64,000 bases of DNA from an uncultured delta proteobacterium (lineage in GTDB: Bacteria > Desulfobacterota > RBG-13-43-22). Numbering within the stretch: position 1 is the stretch's first letter; each line of letters starts with the position of its first letter. The stretch spans positions 448,001 through 512,000 of the forward strand of contig CAWBOS010000012.1 in NCBI GenBank assembly GCA_963790475.1, given 5' to 3'. The position numbers and the translations under genes are program-made. Shown piece by piece: positions 1 to 9,376 of the stretch. The notes below the pieces were generated by a model, which saw only the letters and a list, made by a program, of their open reading frames with translations, was not told the origin of the DNA and ran no database searches.

Positions 1-39
1 ATCCACCGGGATAATATGGTCATTCAAGATAAAGAGTAA
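1..39 (+). CDS. proB: 3' end of glutamate 5-kinase (partial, runs in from left edge)
   Basis: Frame 1 reads IHRDNMVIQDKE*, matching the ProB C-terminal IHRD(N/D)(L/M)V motif, directly upstream of proA. Confidence 0.75.
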   Translation: MHRDNMVIQDKE

Positions 40-92
40 ATGGTTCGGCGTTCGTTGACTAACACCGGATGTTTTATTAAAGGAGTTTTTCC

Positions 93-1358
93 ATGGACCT
101 TAAAAATCAAATTCTGCAGATAGCCCGGAACGCCAAAGAGGCCTGTCCGGTCCTGGCCGGCCTTAATTCCAAACAGAAGAACCAGACCCTGGAACGGATG
201 GCCCAGGTCCTGCTAAAACAATCCGGGATAATTTTGAAAGAAAATAAAAAAGACCTGGAACAGGCTAAGAAAGCCGGTCATCCTCCAGCCTTTATCGACC
301 GCTTGCTTTTGACCGCGGGGACCCTTAAGGAAATGGCCCAGGGGCTTTTGGAAGTCGCTCAGTTACCCGATCCGGTGGGAGAGGTTACCGGAATGCAACT
401 CCGCCCCAACGGCCTGCAGGTAGGACGTATGCGCATCCCCTTGGGGGTGATCGGATTCATTTACGAATCCCGCCCTAATGTGACGGTGGATGCTGCCGGA
501 CTTTGTCTGAAATCCGGCAATGCCGTTATCCTGAAAGGCGGCAGCGAGGCCATCAGGTCCAACCTGGTCTTGACCAAAATACTTCAAGAATGCCTTATTC
601 AGGAAGGGATTCCCCAAGGGGCCATTCAGATCATACCGACAACGGATCGGGAGGCTACCACCGAACTGTTGAAATTGGAAGAATATATCGATTTGGTGAT
701 CCCCAGAGGGGGAGAGGGGCTGATCCGCACGGTAACGGCCCAGGCCCGTATGCCGGTCCTGAAACATTATAAAGGGGTTTGTCATGTTTTTGTGGATCAA
801 GGGGCGGATTTGACCATGGCTTACCAGATTTGTCTCAACGCCAAGGTCCAACGCCCAGGGGTTTGTAATGCCATGGAAACCCTTTTGGTCCATCAAGATG
901 CCGCAAAAGCCTTCCTTCCCGTGATGGCCAAACTTTTCCGAAAAGAAGGGGTTGAAATCCGGGGTTGTCCGGCCACACTTAAGATCATAGGAAAGGGAAA
1001 AGGGATTCGAGAAGCCGCAGAAGAAGACTGGTATGAAGAATACCTGGACCTGATCATTGCGGTTCGGGTGGTAAAAAATCTGAAAGAGGCCGTGGCCCAT
1101 ATCACCAAATATGGTTCCCAACATACAGAGGCCATCGTTACTCAAGATTACCAACGGGCCCATGACTTCATAAAATCAGTGGATTCTTCGGTCGTTCTGG
1201 TCAATGCCTCCACCCGTTTCAATGACGGAAATCAATTGGGCCTGGGAGCGGAAATCGGGATCAGCACCTCCAAACTGCATGCCTTCGGGCCTATGGGACT
1301 AAACGAACTGACCACCACCAAGTTTATTGTTTTTGGACAGGGGCAGGTGAGGGATTAA
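93..1358 (+). CDS. proA: gamma-glutamyl phosphate reductase
   Basis: [53 protein letters not shown] motifs; AAGGAG RBS. Confidence 0.97.
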   Translation: MDLKNQILQIARNAKEACPVLAGLNSKQKNQTLERMAQVLLKQSGIILKENKKDLEQAKKAGHPPAFIDRLLLTAGTLKEMAQGLLEVAQLPDPVGEVTGMQLRPNGLQVGRMRIPLGVIGFIYESRPNVTVDAAGLCLKSGNAVILKGGSEAIRSNLVLTKILQECLIQEGIPQGAIQIIPTTDREATTELLKLEEYIDLVIPRGGEGLIRTVTAQARMPVLKHYKGVCHVFVDQGADLTMAYQICLNAKVQRPGVCNAMETLLVHQDAAKAFLPVMAKLFRKEGVEIRGCPATLKIIGKGKGIREAAEEDWYEEYLDLIIAVRVVKNLKEAVAHITKYGSQHTEAIVTQDYQRAHDFIKSVDSSVVLVNASTRFNDGNQLGLGAEIGISTSKLHAFGPMGLNELTTTKFIVFGQGQVRD

Positions 1359-1606
1359 AAGGCGAGAGGCGTGAGTTGAGAGGGAAAAGGCATGAGGCAC
1401 GAGGCGTGAGGCTGAAGGGAAGTAAAGTTCAAAGTTCAAAGCTCAAAGTTCAAAGTTTGAGAGACCGTACACAATCGATATCGAACTTGGATCTCAATGG
1501 ACAGGCTTCAAGAAATCAATCGGCAATCCGCAATCCGAAAAAGATGGGGGAAAAGAGAGAAAAATTTATCTCTCGTGCCTCACGCCTTGTCCGTCATGCC
1601 TCTCGT
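1359..1606. repeat. Heptamer tandem-repeat block with inverted right arm
   Basis: (AGGCRWG-like)x~8 at 1360-1415, (AAAG(T/C)TC)x4-5 at ~1424-1458, (CAATC(C/G)G)x3 at ~1517-1537, reverse-complement units (CCTCACG/CCTCTCG) at ~1570-1606. Confidence 0.85.
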
Positions 1607-2248
1607 ATAGGTCTTTTCGGAGGGGCTTTCAATCCCATTCATTTTGGTCATCTCCGAGCGGCAATAGAAGTTCAGGAAGCCTTTTCCTTAAACCGGGTCT
1701 TATTTATACCCACAGCCTTTCCCCCCCACAAAGAAACCCAGAACCTGCTTCCTTTTGCCCACCGTTTGAAGATGATCCGCTTAGCTATTGACGGGCACCC
1801 TTTTCTTAAGATCTCAAATGTGGAGAAAAAGAGGGAAGGGAAGTCCTATTCTATCCAGACCTTGCGGTTCTTTAAAAAAAACCTGCCTTCCGGGGCGGAG
1901 CTTTTTTTTATCATCGGGATAGACGCCTTTGAGGAGATTGAAACCTGGAGAGAGTATCGAAATCTTTTTAAGTTATGTCATTTTGTAGTCATGGATCGCC
2001 CTGGTTATCGCCGGGACCGGATTAAAGAATTTATTCTTCAAAAAATATCTGGGGATATGATTTATTTCCCCAGAGAGGATCGCTTCCTACACCCTTCCGG
2101 GTTTTCAATTTATCTATTTCCCATAACCCTGATGGACATTTCCTCAACCCGAATCCGCCGGCTCAGGCAGAATAATCAAACCATCCGCTATCTCTTGCCC
2201 GAAGAAGTGGAACATTATATTATGGAAAGAAATTTTTATGCCGTCTAA
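1544..2248 (+). CDS. nadD: nicotinate-nucleotide adenylyltransferase
   Basis: IGLFGGAFNPIHFGHL, PPHK, FIIGID, ISSTRIR motifs; proA-nadD-rsfS synteny; start at ATG 1544 is uncertain. Confidence 0.93.
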   Translation: MGEKREKFISRASRLVRHASRIGLFGGAFNPIHFGHLRAAIEVQEAFSLNRVLFIPTAFPPHKETQNLLPFAHRLKMIRLAIDGHPFLKISNVEKKREGKSYSIQTLRFFKKNLPSGAELFFIIGIDAFEEIETWREYRNLFKLCHFVVMDRPGYRRDRIKEFILQKISGDMIYFPREDRFLHPSGFSIYLFPITLMDISSTRIRRLRQNNQTIRYLLPEEVEHYIMERNFYAV

Positions 2249-2630
2249 ACGTCATCCGAAAATATCCGCCCAGGAAAAGGCCCTGTTGCTGGCCCGGGTT
2301 GCTCTTCAAAAAAAACCCAGGGACCCCCTTCTGCTCGATGTCAGTAAAAGCTGCTCTTTTGCCGATTTCTTTTTAATCCTGAGCGGAACCTCGACCCGCC
2401 AGACCCAGGCGTTGTCCAGCCATCTGGAAGAAGCCTTGAGGAAGGAGGGAATTCGTCTCCGCGGGATAGAAGGAGTGGAAACCGGACAATGGATTTTGAT
2501 GGATTTCGATGAAGTGATCGTCCATATCTTTTTTGAATCGACCAGAGGATTCTATGATTTGGAGGGGTTGTGGATGGAGGCCCCGCGTCTGCCTATCCCT
2601 TCGAACGTTTCTCCTACGGAGCTCTCCTGA
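2238..2630 (+). CDS. rsfS: ribosome silencing factor
   Basis: ADFFLILSGTSTRQ, WILMDFDEVIVHIF, RGFYDLEGLW motifs. Confidence 0.95.
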   Translation: MPSKRHPKISAQEKALLLARVALQKKPRDPLLLDVSKSCSFADFFLILSGTSTRQTQALSSHLEEALRKEGIRLRGIEGVETGQWILMDFDEVIVHIFFESTRGFYDLEGLWMEAPRLPIPSNVSPTELS

Positions 2631-4180
2631 TGGCTTCCCGTCCCCTAATCCTCATTATCTTAGACGGCTGGGGTATAGGCCCGGATTATCCGGGGAATGC
2701 CGTGACCCAGGCGAAAACCCCAACGCTGGATTTCTTGTTTAAAACCCGACCCCATGCCCAACTGAAATGCTGGGGTGAATCGGTCGGTTTGCCAGAGGGA
2801 CAAATGGGTAATTCCGAGGTGGGACATCTTAACCTTGGGGCCGGTCGTATCGTCTATCAGGATATAACCCGTATTGACCTGGCCATCCGAAGGGGTGATT
2901 TTTATATCCATCCGGGTTTGCTGGCCATGATCAGGCAATGCCGGGATGAGGGAACGACTCTCCATCTCCTGGGTCTGGTTTCCGATGGCGGGGTTCACAG
3001 CCACATCAATCACCTGCTGGCCTTGCTTCATTTGGCTGAAAAAGAAAAATTAGAAAAGGTCATGATCCAGGTTATCACCGATGGGCGCGACACCCCCCCC
3101 AAAATGGGTCTGGAATTCATCCGTCAATTGCAGCAACAGATCCGGGAGATCGGGGTGGGCAGGATTGCCACCATTTGCGGTCGCTTCTTTGCCATGGACC
3201 GGGACAACCGCTGGGAAAGGGTGGAACGGGCTTTTCGGGCCTTGACTGAAGGGCAAGGGATTCTTATTCCGGACCCCGTTCAGGCCGTTGAAGAGGCCTA
3301 CCAAAACGGAGAATCAGATGAATTTATTTCCCCCCGCCTTATGATGGGAGAAACCGGCCGCCCGGTGGGGACGATTCAAGACGGGGATGCCGTTTTTTTC
3401 TTTAACTTCCGGGCCGACCGGGCCAGAGAAATCACCCGGGCCTTTATCGAACCGGATTTTACTGCTTTTCCCGTTGCCGGACGTCCGAAACTATCAACCT
3501 TTATGACAATGACCGAGTTTGACACCCATTTTTCTCCCGGAGTGAAGGTGGCCTTTCTCCCGCAAAATCTGGTTCATACCCTGGGAGAAACCATTAGTCG
3601 TCAAGGGATCCGTCAGCTTCGGATTGCTGAGACCGAAAAATATGCCCATGTGACCTATTTTTTCAATGGGGGCATAGAAACCCCATTCCCCTTGGAGGAG
3701 CGCTGTCTGATTCCCTCAACCCGGGATGTGCCCACCTATGATCTAAAACCGGCCATGAGCGCTCCGGAAGTGACCCTGGAGATCATCAACAGGATAAATT
3801 CCGGTCGCTATGGATTTATGGTCTTAAATTATGCCAACCTGGATATGGTCGGTCACACCGGCATTTTGGATGCGGCCATCAAGGCTTGTGAGGTGGTAGA
3901 TGCCTGTTTGGGACAGGTGATCTCAGCTGTTTCCGATCAAGGAGGGATTGTAATATTAACCGCGGATCACGGTAATGCCGAGGAGATGATCGACCGCAAA
4001 CATGGAGGCCCTCATACGGCGCATACCTCGAGCAATCCGGTCCCTGTTTTGTTGATAGATCCGGAGCGGCCCAAGATACGGCTCAAGAACGGTATTTTGG
4101 CCGATGTGGCTCCCACCATATTGACACTCCTGAATATCCCAATCCCGGAGGAGATGACCGGGGAGTGTCTCCTGGAATGA
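2630..4180 (+). CDS. gpmI: 2,3-bisphosphoglycerate-independent phosphoglycerate mutase
   Basis: LIILDGWG, GQMGNSEVGH, SDGGVHSH, AETEKYAHVT, DMVGHTG, ADHGNAE; ATG overlaps rsfS stop (TGATG). Confidence 0.97.
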   Translation: MASRPLILIILDGWGIGPDYPGNAVTQAKTPTLDFLFKTRPHAQLKCWGESVGLPEGQMGNSEVGHLNLGAGRIVYQDITRIDLAIRRGDFYIHPGLLAMIRQCRDEGTTLHLLGLVSDGGVHSHINHLLALLHLAEKEKLEKVMIQVITDGRDTPPKMGLEFIRQLQQQIREIGVGRIATICGRFFAMDRDNRWERVERAFRALTEGQGILIPDPVQAVEEAYQNGESDEFISPRLMMGETGRPVGTIQDGDAVFFFNFRADRAREITRAFIEPDFTAFPVAGRPKLSTFMTMTEFDTHFSPGVKVAFLPQNLVHTLGETISRQGIRQLRIAETEKYAHVTYFFNGGIETPFPLEERCLIPSTRDVPTYDLKPAMSAPEVTLEIINRINSGRYGFMVLNYANLDMVGHTGILDAAIKACEVVDACLGQVISAVSDQGGIVILTADHGNAEEMIDRKHGGPHTAHTSSNPVPVLLIDPERPKIRLKNGILADVAPTILTLLNIPIPEEMTGECLLE

Positions 4181-4188
4181 AAATTTAA

Positions 4189-4246
4189 ATGCAAGATACT
4201 GAATGCAGGATGATCGATGGATGGCCTGGATCCTGCATCCGGCATC
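4189..4246. repeat. short inverted heptamer repeat block
   Basis: ATGCAAG ATACTGA ATGCAGG ... CCTGGAT CCTGCAT CCGGCAT. Confidence 0.6.
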
Positions 4247-4264
4247 AAATTCTTAGAGAATCGG

Positions 4265-5702
4265 ATGCGCAAATATTTCCTTAAGATTTTTATCGGGTTT
4301 ATAGTTACTCTCCTTTTTGTTCCCTTTAATCCCTGGATTTCCTTTAGTGGAAACTATGGCTATGCCCTGACCACCACAGAGGAACAGAAATTAGGAGAAG
4401 AGGTGCTCCGGGAAGTGGAAGGCTAAATTTTCCCTGATCCGGGACCCTTTGATTCTGGAATATCTCAACAAGCTGGGTCAGGACATCCTCAAACAAGCCG
4501 GTCCTCAGCCCTATCCTTTCCATTTTTATCTCTTGAAAGATCCTCAACTGAATGCCTTTTCCGTACCGGGAGGACATGTCTTTGTAACCACCGGCATTCT
4601 TGAAATCATGGACTCGGAAGGCGAACTGGCCGGCTTACTCGGCCACGAAATCGCCCATGTCACCCACCACCACGTTTCAAAACAGATTGAACAACAAAAA
4701 AAGATCGGCCTGGCCACTATAGCCGCCGCTTTGCTCGGCGTTTTGGCCGGGGACCCCAGGATAGCCAGTGCGGCCATTGCCGGTTCTATGGCCACAGCTC
4801 AGACCTTGATGCTTACCTACAGCCGCGAAGACGAAGACGAGGCCGATAATTTTGGATTCAAATATATGTCCAAGGCGGGGTTCAATCCCCAGACTATGAT
4901 CGACCTGCTCGACAAACTTCGACGCTGGGGGTCTTTTGGTTCAGAAGGAATCCCGGCCTACATGCAAACCCATCCCCTGACCGGAGACCGAATGTCGCAT
5001 GTTGAAGATTTATTGCACCAGTATGCGGACCAGGGTCCATGGAAGCGGATGAGTTCCGATGAGTTTCGCCGTCTCCAAACCCTCACCCTGACCAAGTATG
5101 GAGATTTACAGCGGGCCCGGAATCTTTTTCAGTCCTGGTCCAAGGACACCCAGAATCAATTCTGGATCTATTATGGTCAGGGCTGGATCGACATCCGGGA
5201 AGGAAAATTCGACGCCGCCATCGACCAATTCGAAAAGGCGTTTAGTCTCAGGCCGCAGGACACCTATATCCAGAGAGACCTGGGACAGGTCTTCTTAATA
5301 AAAGGGGACTTTGAAAAGGCCATCCAAAAATTGAGTCAGTCCTCCCTTCTTGATCCTAAAGACGGGACTACCGCCTTTTTGCTGGGCCGGGCCTACCAGG
5401 AAAAAGGAGAAAATCACTTAGCCCTGGAAAATTTTCAAAAGGCCCTGAAACTCGGTTTGGAGGGTGAGGACCTTCATTATTATTTGGGTATGATTTACGG
5501 AAACTTGAACAATCTGGGACAGGCCCATTATCATTTTGGTAAATCATTCGGTTTGAAAGGAGATCGAGGGAAGGCCTTGTTTCATTTTAAAACCGCCTTG
5601 AGATATGTTGAAAAAGATCCGGCCCAAAAAGACCAGATAGAAAAGGAAATTAAAAACCTGGAATCGGAGAAGGTTGGAGCAAAGAAGCCCAATCCTCAAT
5701 AA
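4265..5702 (+). pseudogene. M48 metalloprotease with TPR repeats (BepA/YfgC-like), split by a one-base frameshift near 4421
   Basis: Signal peptide MRKYFLKIFIG..., then NAFSVPGG, GHEIAH (HEXXH), YSREDEDEAD, THP, TPRs. Removing one G of GAAGGCT restores EVEAKFSLIRDPLILEY. May be a sequencing error. Confidence 0.85.
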
Positions 5703-5731
5703 AAAGGGGGTGGCCAGTAGAGACTATCAAT

Positions 5732-6169
5732 TCATTTTTTTGGAATTTCAGCTCCCGCGATCCGGTTCAGATATTTTTCCAATGTTTCGTAAGGGGCCAG
5801 GGCCGGGCAGGAATTGCGGGCTGTTTCCCAGTTGATCTGATCGATAAGCATGGGCGGGAAAAAGGGCCATTGTCGACAGGGAGCGGGTTTGACTTCATGG
5901 ATGGTGCATCGACCTTTTTGGGAAAAATGACAATAGCCGTCTTCCCGGATGTGGATATAAGTCCTCCCATTTTTCTTGAGGCAGAATTTTTCAAGAAACC
6001 TCTGTTGAGAAAGATTTAAAAATTTAGAGATGCGGTCGATCTCTTTCCGGGAAAGATAAATCCCCCCTTCTCCCCGGCAGCAAGTCCCGCATTGGGTGCA
6101 CTCAAACAGGTCCAGGGCCTTATGGAATAACAAGCTGTTGACTTTGGGGAATCTTGCCTTTTGCGTCAT
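5732..6169 (-). CDS. YkgJ-family cysteine cluster (Fe-S/zinc) protein
   Basis: FECTQCGTCC, CHF...CTIHEVKPAPCRQWPF, CP motifs. Confidence 0.85.
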   Translation of the reverse strand: MTQKARFPKVNSLLFHKALDLFECTQCGTCCRGEGGIYLSRKEIDRISKFLNLSQQRFLEKFCLKKNGRTYIHIREDGYCHFSQKGRCTIHEVKPAPCRQWPFFPPMLIDQINWETARNSCPALAPYETLEKYLNRIAGAEIPKK

Positions 6170-6197
6170 TAATCTATTTCCACGGTATGTCTCAGAC

Positions 6198-6479
6198 TTG
6201 ATGGATTCGCAACGAGCCGTCATTGCGGCGAAGAGGCTGTGTCACAATTGCATTTATGTCATTCCGTGCAAGCGAAGCGCGACACGGAATCCAGTATTTC
6301 CAATAAGTTCTGGATACCGGCTTTCGCCGGTATGGCGACTTTGAGGGCGCTTTAAGTAATTACGACACAGCCTCCAAGGCGGGAATCCAGCTATGTGTAA
6401 CTTATTAAAAATACAGGATTTCAATTTTTACTTAAATGACGGAATTCGGCTTCTAACGATTTTTTTGCGAACTTTTCAC
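6198..6479. mobile_element. nested non-autonomous elements: REP-containing MITE-like repeat interrupted by a second MITE (6233-6374)
   Basis: Inner element ends GAGGCTGTGTCACAATT / AATTACGACACAGCCTC (15/17 inverted match) and contains GTCATTCCG...CGGAATCCAG palindromes. The outer GTCATTGCGGCGAA | GGCGGGAATCCAG is split by it; outer ends resemble the 12741-12882 element. Confidence 0.7.
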
Positions 6480-6546
6480 CATGATGGAATGTTTTAATCG
6501 AACCCTGCACGGATTGTCAAGGGGGTTTCTGTTTCCAATATTTTAA

Positions 6547-6575
6547 TTGACAAATTGCCAAAAGGAAAGTATTTT
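6547..6575 (+). promoter_or_regulatory. sigma-70 promoter of rpsF operon
   Basis: TTGACA-17 nt-TATTTT. Confidence 0.65.
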
Positions 6576-6581
6576 ATTAAT

Positions 6582-6628
6582 TTCCCCTTGCTCCCATTAG
6601 GGGGCTTTAACAGCCATAAGGAGGAAGT
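6582..6628 (+). promoter_or_regulatory. putative S6:S18 ribosomal protein leader
   Basis: CCTTGCTCCC...GGGGGC hairpin, and CCTT able to pair with the AAGGAGG RBS of rpsF; resembles the known rpsF autoregulatory leader. Confidence 0.5.
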
Positions 6629-7057
6629 ATGAGGAGATATGATCTTATTTTTATCGTTCAGCCGGAACTGAGCGATGAGGAAACCAAGGCCGTTTCGGAT
6701 CGGCATCTTCAGATTATAACGGCGCAAAAAGGAATCATTATAAAGACCGAAGACTGGGGCAAACGCCGATTGGCCTATGATATCAAAAAGCAATCCAGGG
6801 GGACCTATATCCTGGTTGATTTTTACGGCCCTGGCTCCATGATTCGGGAGATTGAACGAAATCTCAAAATAGATGATAACATACTGAAATTTATAACAGT
6901 AAAGACCAGAGACCCTTTTGATCCTGCAACCCTGGAAGAAGAAAGAAAAAAAGAACAACTCCTTCAGGAGGCCCAAATTCCTCCCGATGAACCTGAGCCG
7001 GCCGTAACCCAGGAAGCGGTTGGGGAAGAAATCGATTCAGAAAAGGAAGGAGAATAG
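6629..7057 (+). CDS. rpsF: 30S ribosomal protein S6
   Basis: MRRYDLIFI, EDWGKRRLAYDIKK; acidic C-terminal tail. Confidence 0.97.
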   Translation: MRRYDLIFIVQPELSDEETKAVSDRHLQIITAQKGIIIKTEDWGKRRLAYDIKKQSRGTYILVDFYGPGSMIREIERNLKIDDNILKFITVKTRDPFDPATLEEERKKEQLLQEAQIPPDEPEPAVTQEAVGEEIDSEKEGE

Positions 7058-7060
7058 ATC

Positions 7061-7312
7061 ATGCTGCAACCCAGAAGAAAAAAAAGAATTTTCCCCCGCC
7101 GGAAGGTCTGCCGTTTTTGTGCCGACAGTACGATGATCATTGACTATAAAGATTCTAAGCTATTGAAGCACTTTACTTCCGAAAGGGGAAAGATAATCCC
7201 TCGGAGGATCACCGGAAATTGTGCCAAACATCAGCGGGAATTAACTGCAGCTATTAAAAGGGCTCGTCAGATCGCCCTGTTGCCCTATCTGGCCACCTCC
7301 GTTCAACATTAA
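7061..7312 (+). CDS. rpsR: 30S ribosomal protein S18 (zinc-binding C+ type)
   Basis: [30 protein letters not shown]. Confidence 0.98.
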   Translation: MLQPRRKKRIFPRRKVCRFCADSTMIIDYKDSKLLKHFTSERGKIIPRRITGNCAKHQRELTAAIKRARQIALLPYLATSVQH

Positions 7313-7557
7313 TAAGATCGGATTTAAGGATTCGAAGCCAATCCAGTTATGATGGACTCGCCAAGACTCCATCATGTATTTGTTTGTGGTGAGGAATGAC
7401 GGGTTTGTATCCAGAACTGTCAATGAATAGTTCCGAACCGTAACTTTGTCCCGTGCTTCTTTCCTTTTTTCCCCTTGATCGGGTCATCATCTCGAAAGCT
7501 TGCCTTAGGCGAATAAATCATATAAAATTACTCTATCATCTTCAGGAGGTTTGGATT

Positions 7558-8004
7558 ATGAAAGTTATTTTGAAAGAAGATATTTCTACCTTGGGGAAGG
7601 CCGGTGACCTGGTAGAGGTGACTCGAGGATATGGTAGAAATTTTTTGATCCCTCAGGGAAAAGCCCTGGAAGCCACCCCGCAACACCAAAAGCAGTTGGA
7701 AGAGCAAAGGCGGATTATCTTAAAAAGAAAAGCTCAAGAGCTGGAAAGTGCTCGAACACAGGCCGAAAAATTTGAGTTATTGACCCTTGAATTGTTCCGC
7801 AAGGTACAAGAAGAAGGGAAGATATATGGATCGGTCTCGGCCAAAGATCTGATGGAAAAATTGGCCGAGCAAAATATTTTGCTGGATCGTAAAAAGATTT
7901 CTTTAAAGGACCCGATCCGCAGTCTGGGTAATTATGAAGTGCCTATCAAACTGGAGGCCGGGGTCACCGCAACCCTAAAGGTATCTATAGTCGAAGCGAA
8001 ATAA
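7558..8004 (+). CDS. rplI: 50S ribosomal protein L9
   Basis: MKVILKEDISTLGKAGDLVEVTRGYGRNFLIPQG; AGGAGG RBS before ATG 7558. Confidence 0.97.
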   Translation: MKVILKEDISTLGKAGDLVEVTRGYGRNFLIPQGKALEATPQHQKQLEEQRRIILKRKAQELESARTQAEKFELLTLELFRKVQEEGKIYGSVSAKDLMEKLAEQNILLDRKKISLKDPIRSLGNYEVPIKLEAGVTATLKVSIVEAK

Positions 8005-8011
8005 AACCCCC

Positions 8012-9364
8012 ATGAGCAATGAGGATTCGGCCAATTTGAAAATCCCTCCCCAGAACCTTGAGGCAGAGCAGTCGGTTCTGGGAAGTGTCCTACTGGAGCC
8101 GGAAGCGCTCTCCCGGGTCCTGGAGGTCATGACCGGCGATGATTTCTATCGTGAGGCCCACCGCAAGATATTTTCCTCCATGCTGGATCTTTATCGAAAA
8201 GGGACTCCGGTCGATCTGATTACCCTTACCGAAATTCTACAGAATAAAGGACAATTGGATGAAATCGGAGGGGCCAGCTATCTTACCTCGTTGACTGATG
8301 CCATTCCCTCGGCCATTCATGTTGATGTCTATGCCCGGATAATCCGGGAAAAGTCCATCCTGCGCCGCTTGATTAACCGGGCCACGGAGATTGCCAGCAA
8401 GGGGTATCGCTTTAGCGGTGATGCCGAGGACTTGTTGGATGAGGCCGAAAAGACGATCTTTGAAATTTCAGAAGACAAGATCAACCCCCTGGTTTATCCT
8501 CTGAGCCAAATAATTAAAGAAAGCATGCCGGTCCTCGAAAATTTGTACGACCGCAAAGAAATGGTAACCGGAGTCCCTAGCGGGTTCACCCGGTTGGACA
8601 AACTCACCTCCGGCTTTCAAAACTCCGACCTGGTCATCATCGCCGGTCGCCCCAGTATGGGGAAAACGGCTTTTGCCTTGAATATAGCCCGAAATGCCGC
8701 TGTGGATTATGAAGTCCCGGTGGTGATTTTTTCTTTGGAGATGTCCAGACAGCAACTGGCCATACGGATGATTTGCAGTGAGGCTAAGGTGGATTCCAAT
8801 AAAGTGCGGACCGGCTTTTTCGGAGACCGGGAATGGCCCAAGCTGACCGCTGCCGCTGGGCATCTATCCGAGGCCCCCATCTTTATAGATGATTCGCCGA
8901 CCATGACCGTATTGCAGATGCGGGCCAAGGCCCGGCGTCTAAGATCCGAGCGGGGTCTGGGCATGGTGGTGATCGATTACCTCCAGTTAATGAAGGGGAG
9001 AGAAGGCAGTGAGCGACGGGAACAGGAAATTTCCGAGATCTCCAGATCCTTAAAGGCCCTGGCCAAAGAATTGAATATTCCGGTTATCGCCTTATCTCAG
9101 CTCAATCGCCGGCCTGAAGGCCGGGACGATAAAAAGCCGGTTCTGGCCGATCTCAGAGAATCAGGGGCCATTGAGCAGGACGCCGATGTGATCTGTTTCA
9201 TCTTTCGAGAAGAGATGTACGATGAAAATTCCAAAAACAAGGGAGTCGCTGAAATTTTACTCCGAAAGCATCGCAACGGACCGACCGGTTCGGTTCCCCT
9301 GAAATTTTTTAGTGAGCAGACAAGGTTTGAAGATTTGGCGTTTGACCTTGAAGAACCCTTGTAA
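8012..9364 (+). CDS. dnaB: replicative DNA helicase
   Basis: PPQNLEAEQSVLG, AGRPSMGKT, FSLEM, IDYLQLM, LSQLNR, DLRESGAIEQDAD. Confidence 0.98.
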   Translation: MSNEDSANLKIPPQNLEAEQSVLGSVLLEPEALSRVLEVMTGDDFYREAHRKIFSSMLDLYRKGTPVDLITLTEILQNKGQLDEIGGASYLTSLTDAIPSAIHVDVYARIIREKSILRRLINRATEIASKGYRFSGDAEDLLDEAEKTIFEISEDKINPLVYPLSQIIKESMPVLENLYDRKEMVTGVPSGFTRLDKLTSGFQNSDLVIIAGRPSMGKTAFALNIARNAAVDYEVPVVIFSLEMSRQQLAIRMICSEAKVDSNKVRTGFFGDREWPKLTAAAGHLSEAPIFIDDSPTMTVLQMRAKARRLRSERGLGMVVIDYLQLMKGREGSERREQEISEISRSLKALAKELNIPVIALSQLNRRPEGRDDKKPVLADLRESGAIEQDADVICFIFREEMYDENSKNKGVAEILLRKHRNGPTGSVPLKFFSEQTRFEDLAFDLEEPL

Positions 9365-9376
9365 AAGGACTCGATA

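Noticed and set aside
9362-9376. dnaB and hflX are in the same frame separated by a single TAA (possible read-through fusion)
   Set aside because: DnaB ends at its normal C-terminus, TAA is an efficient stop, and an SD plus ATT start explains hflX
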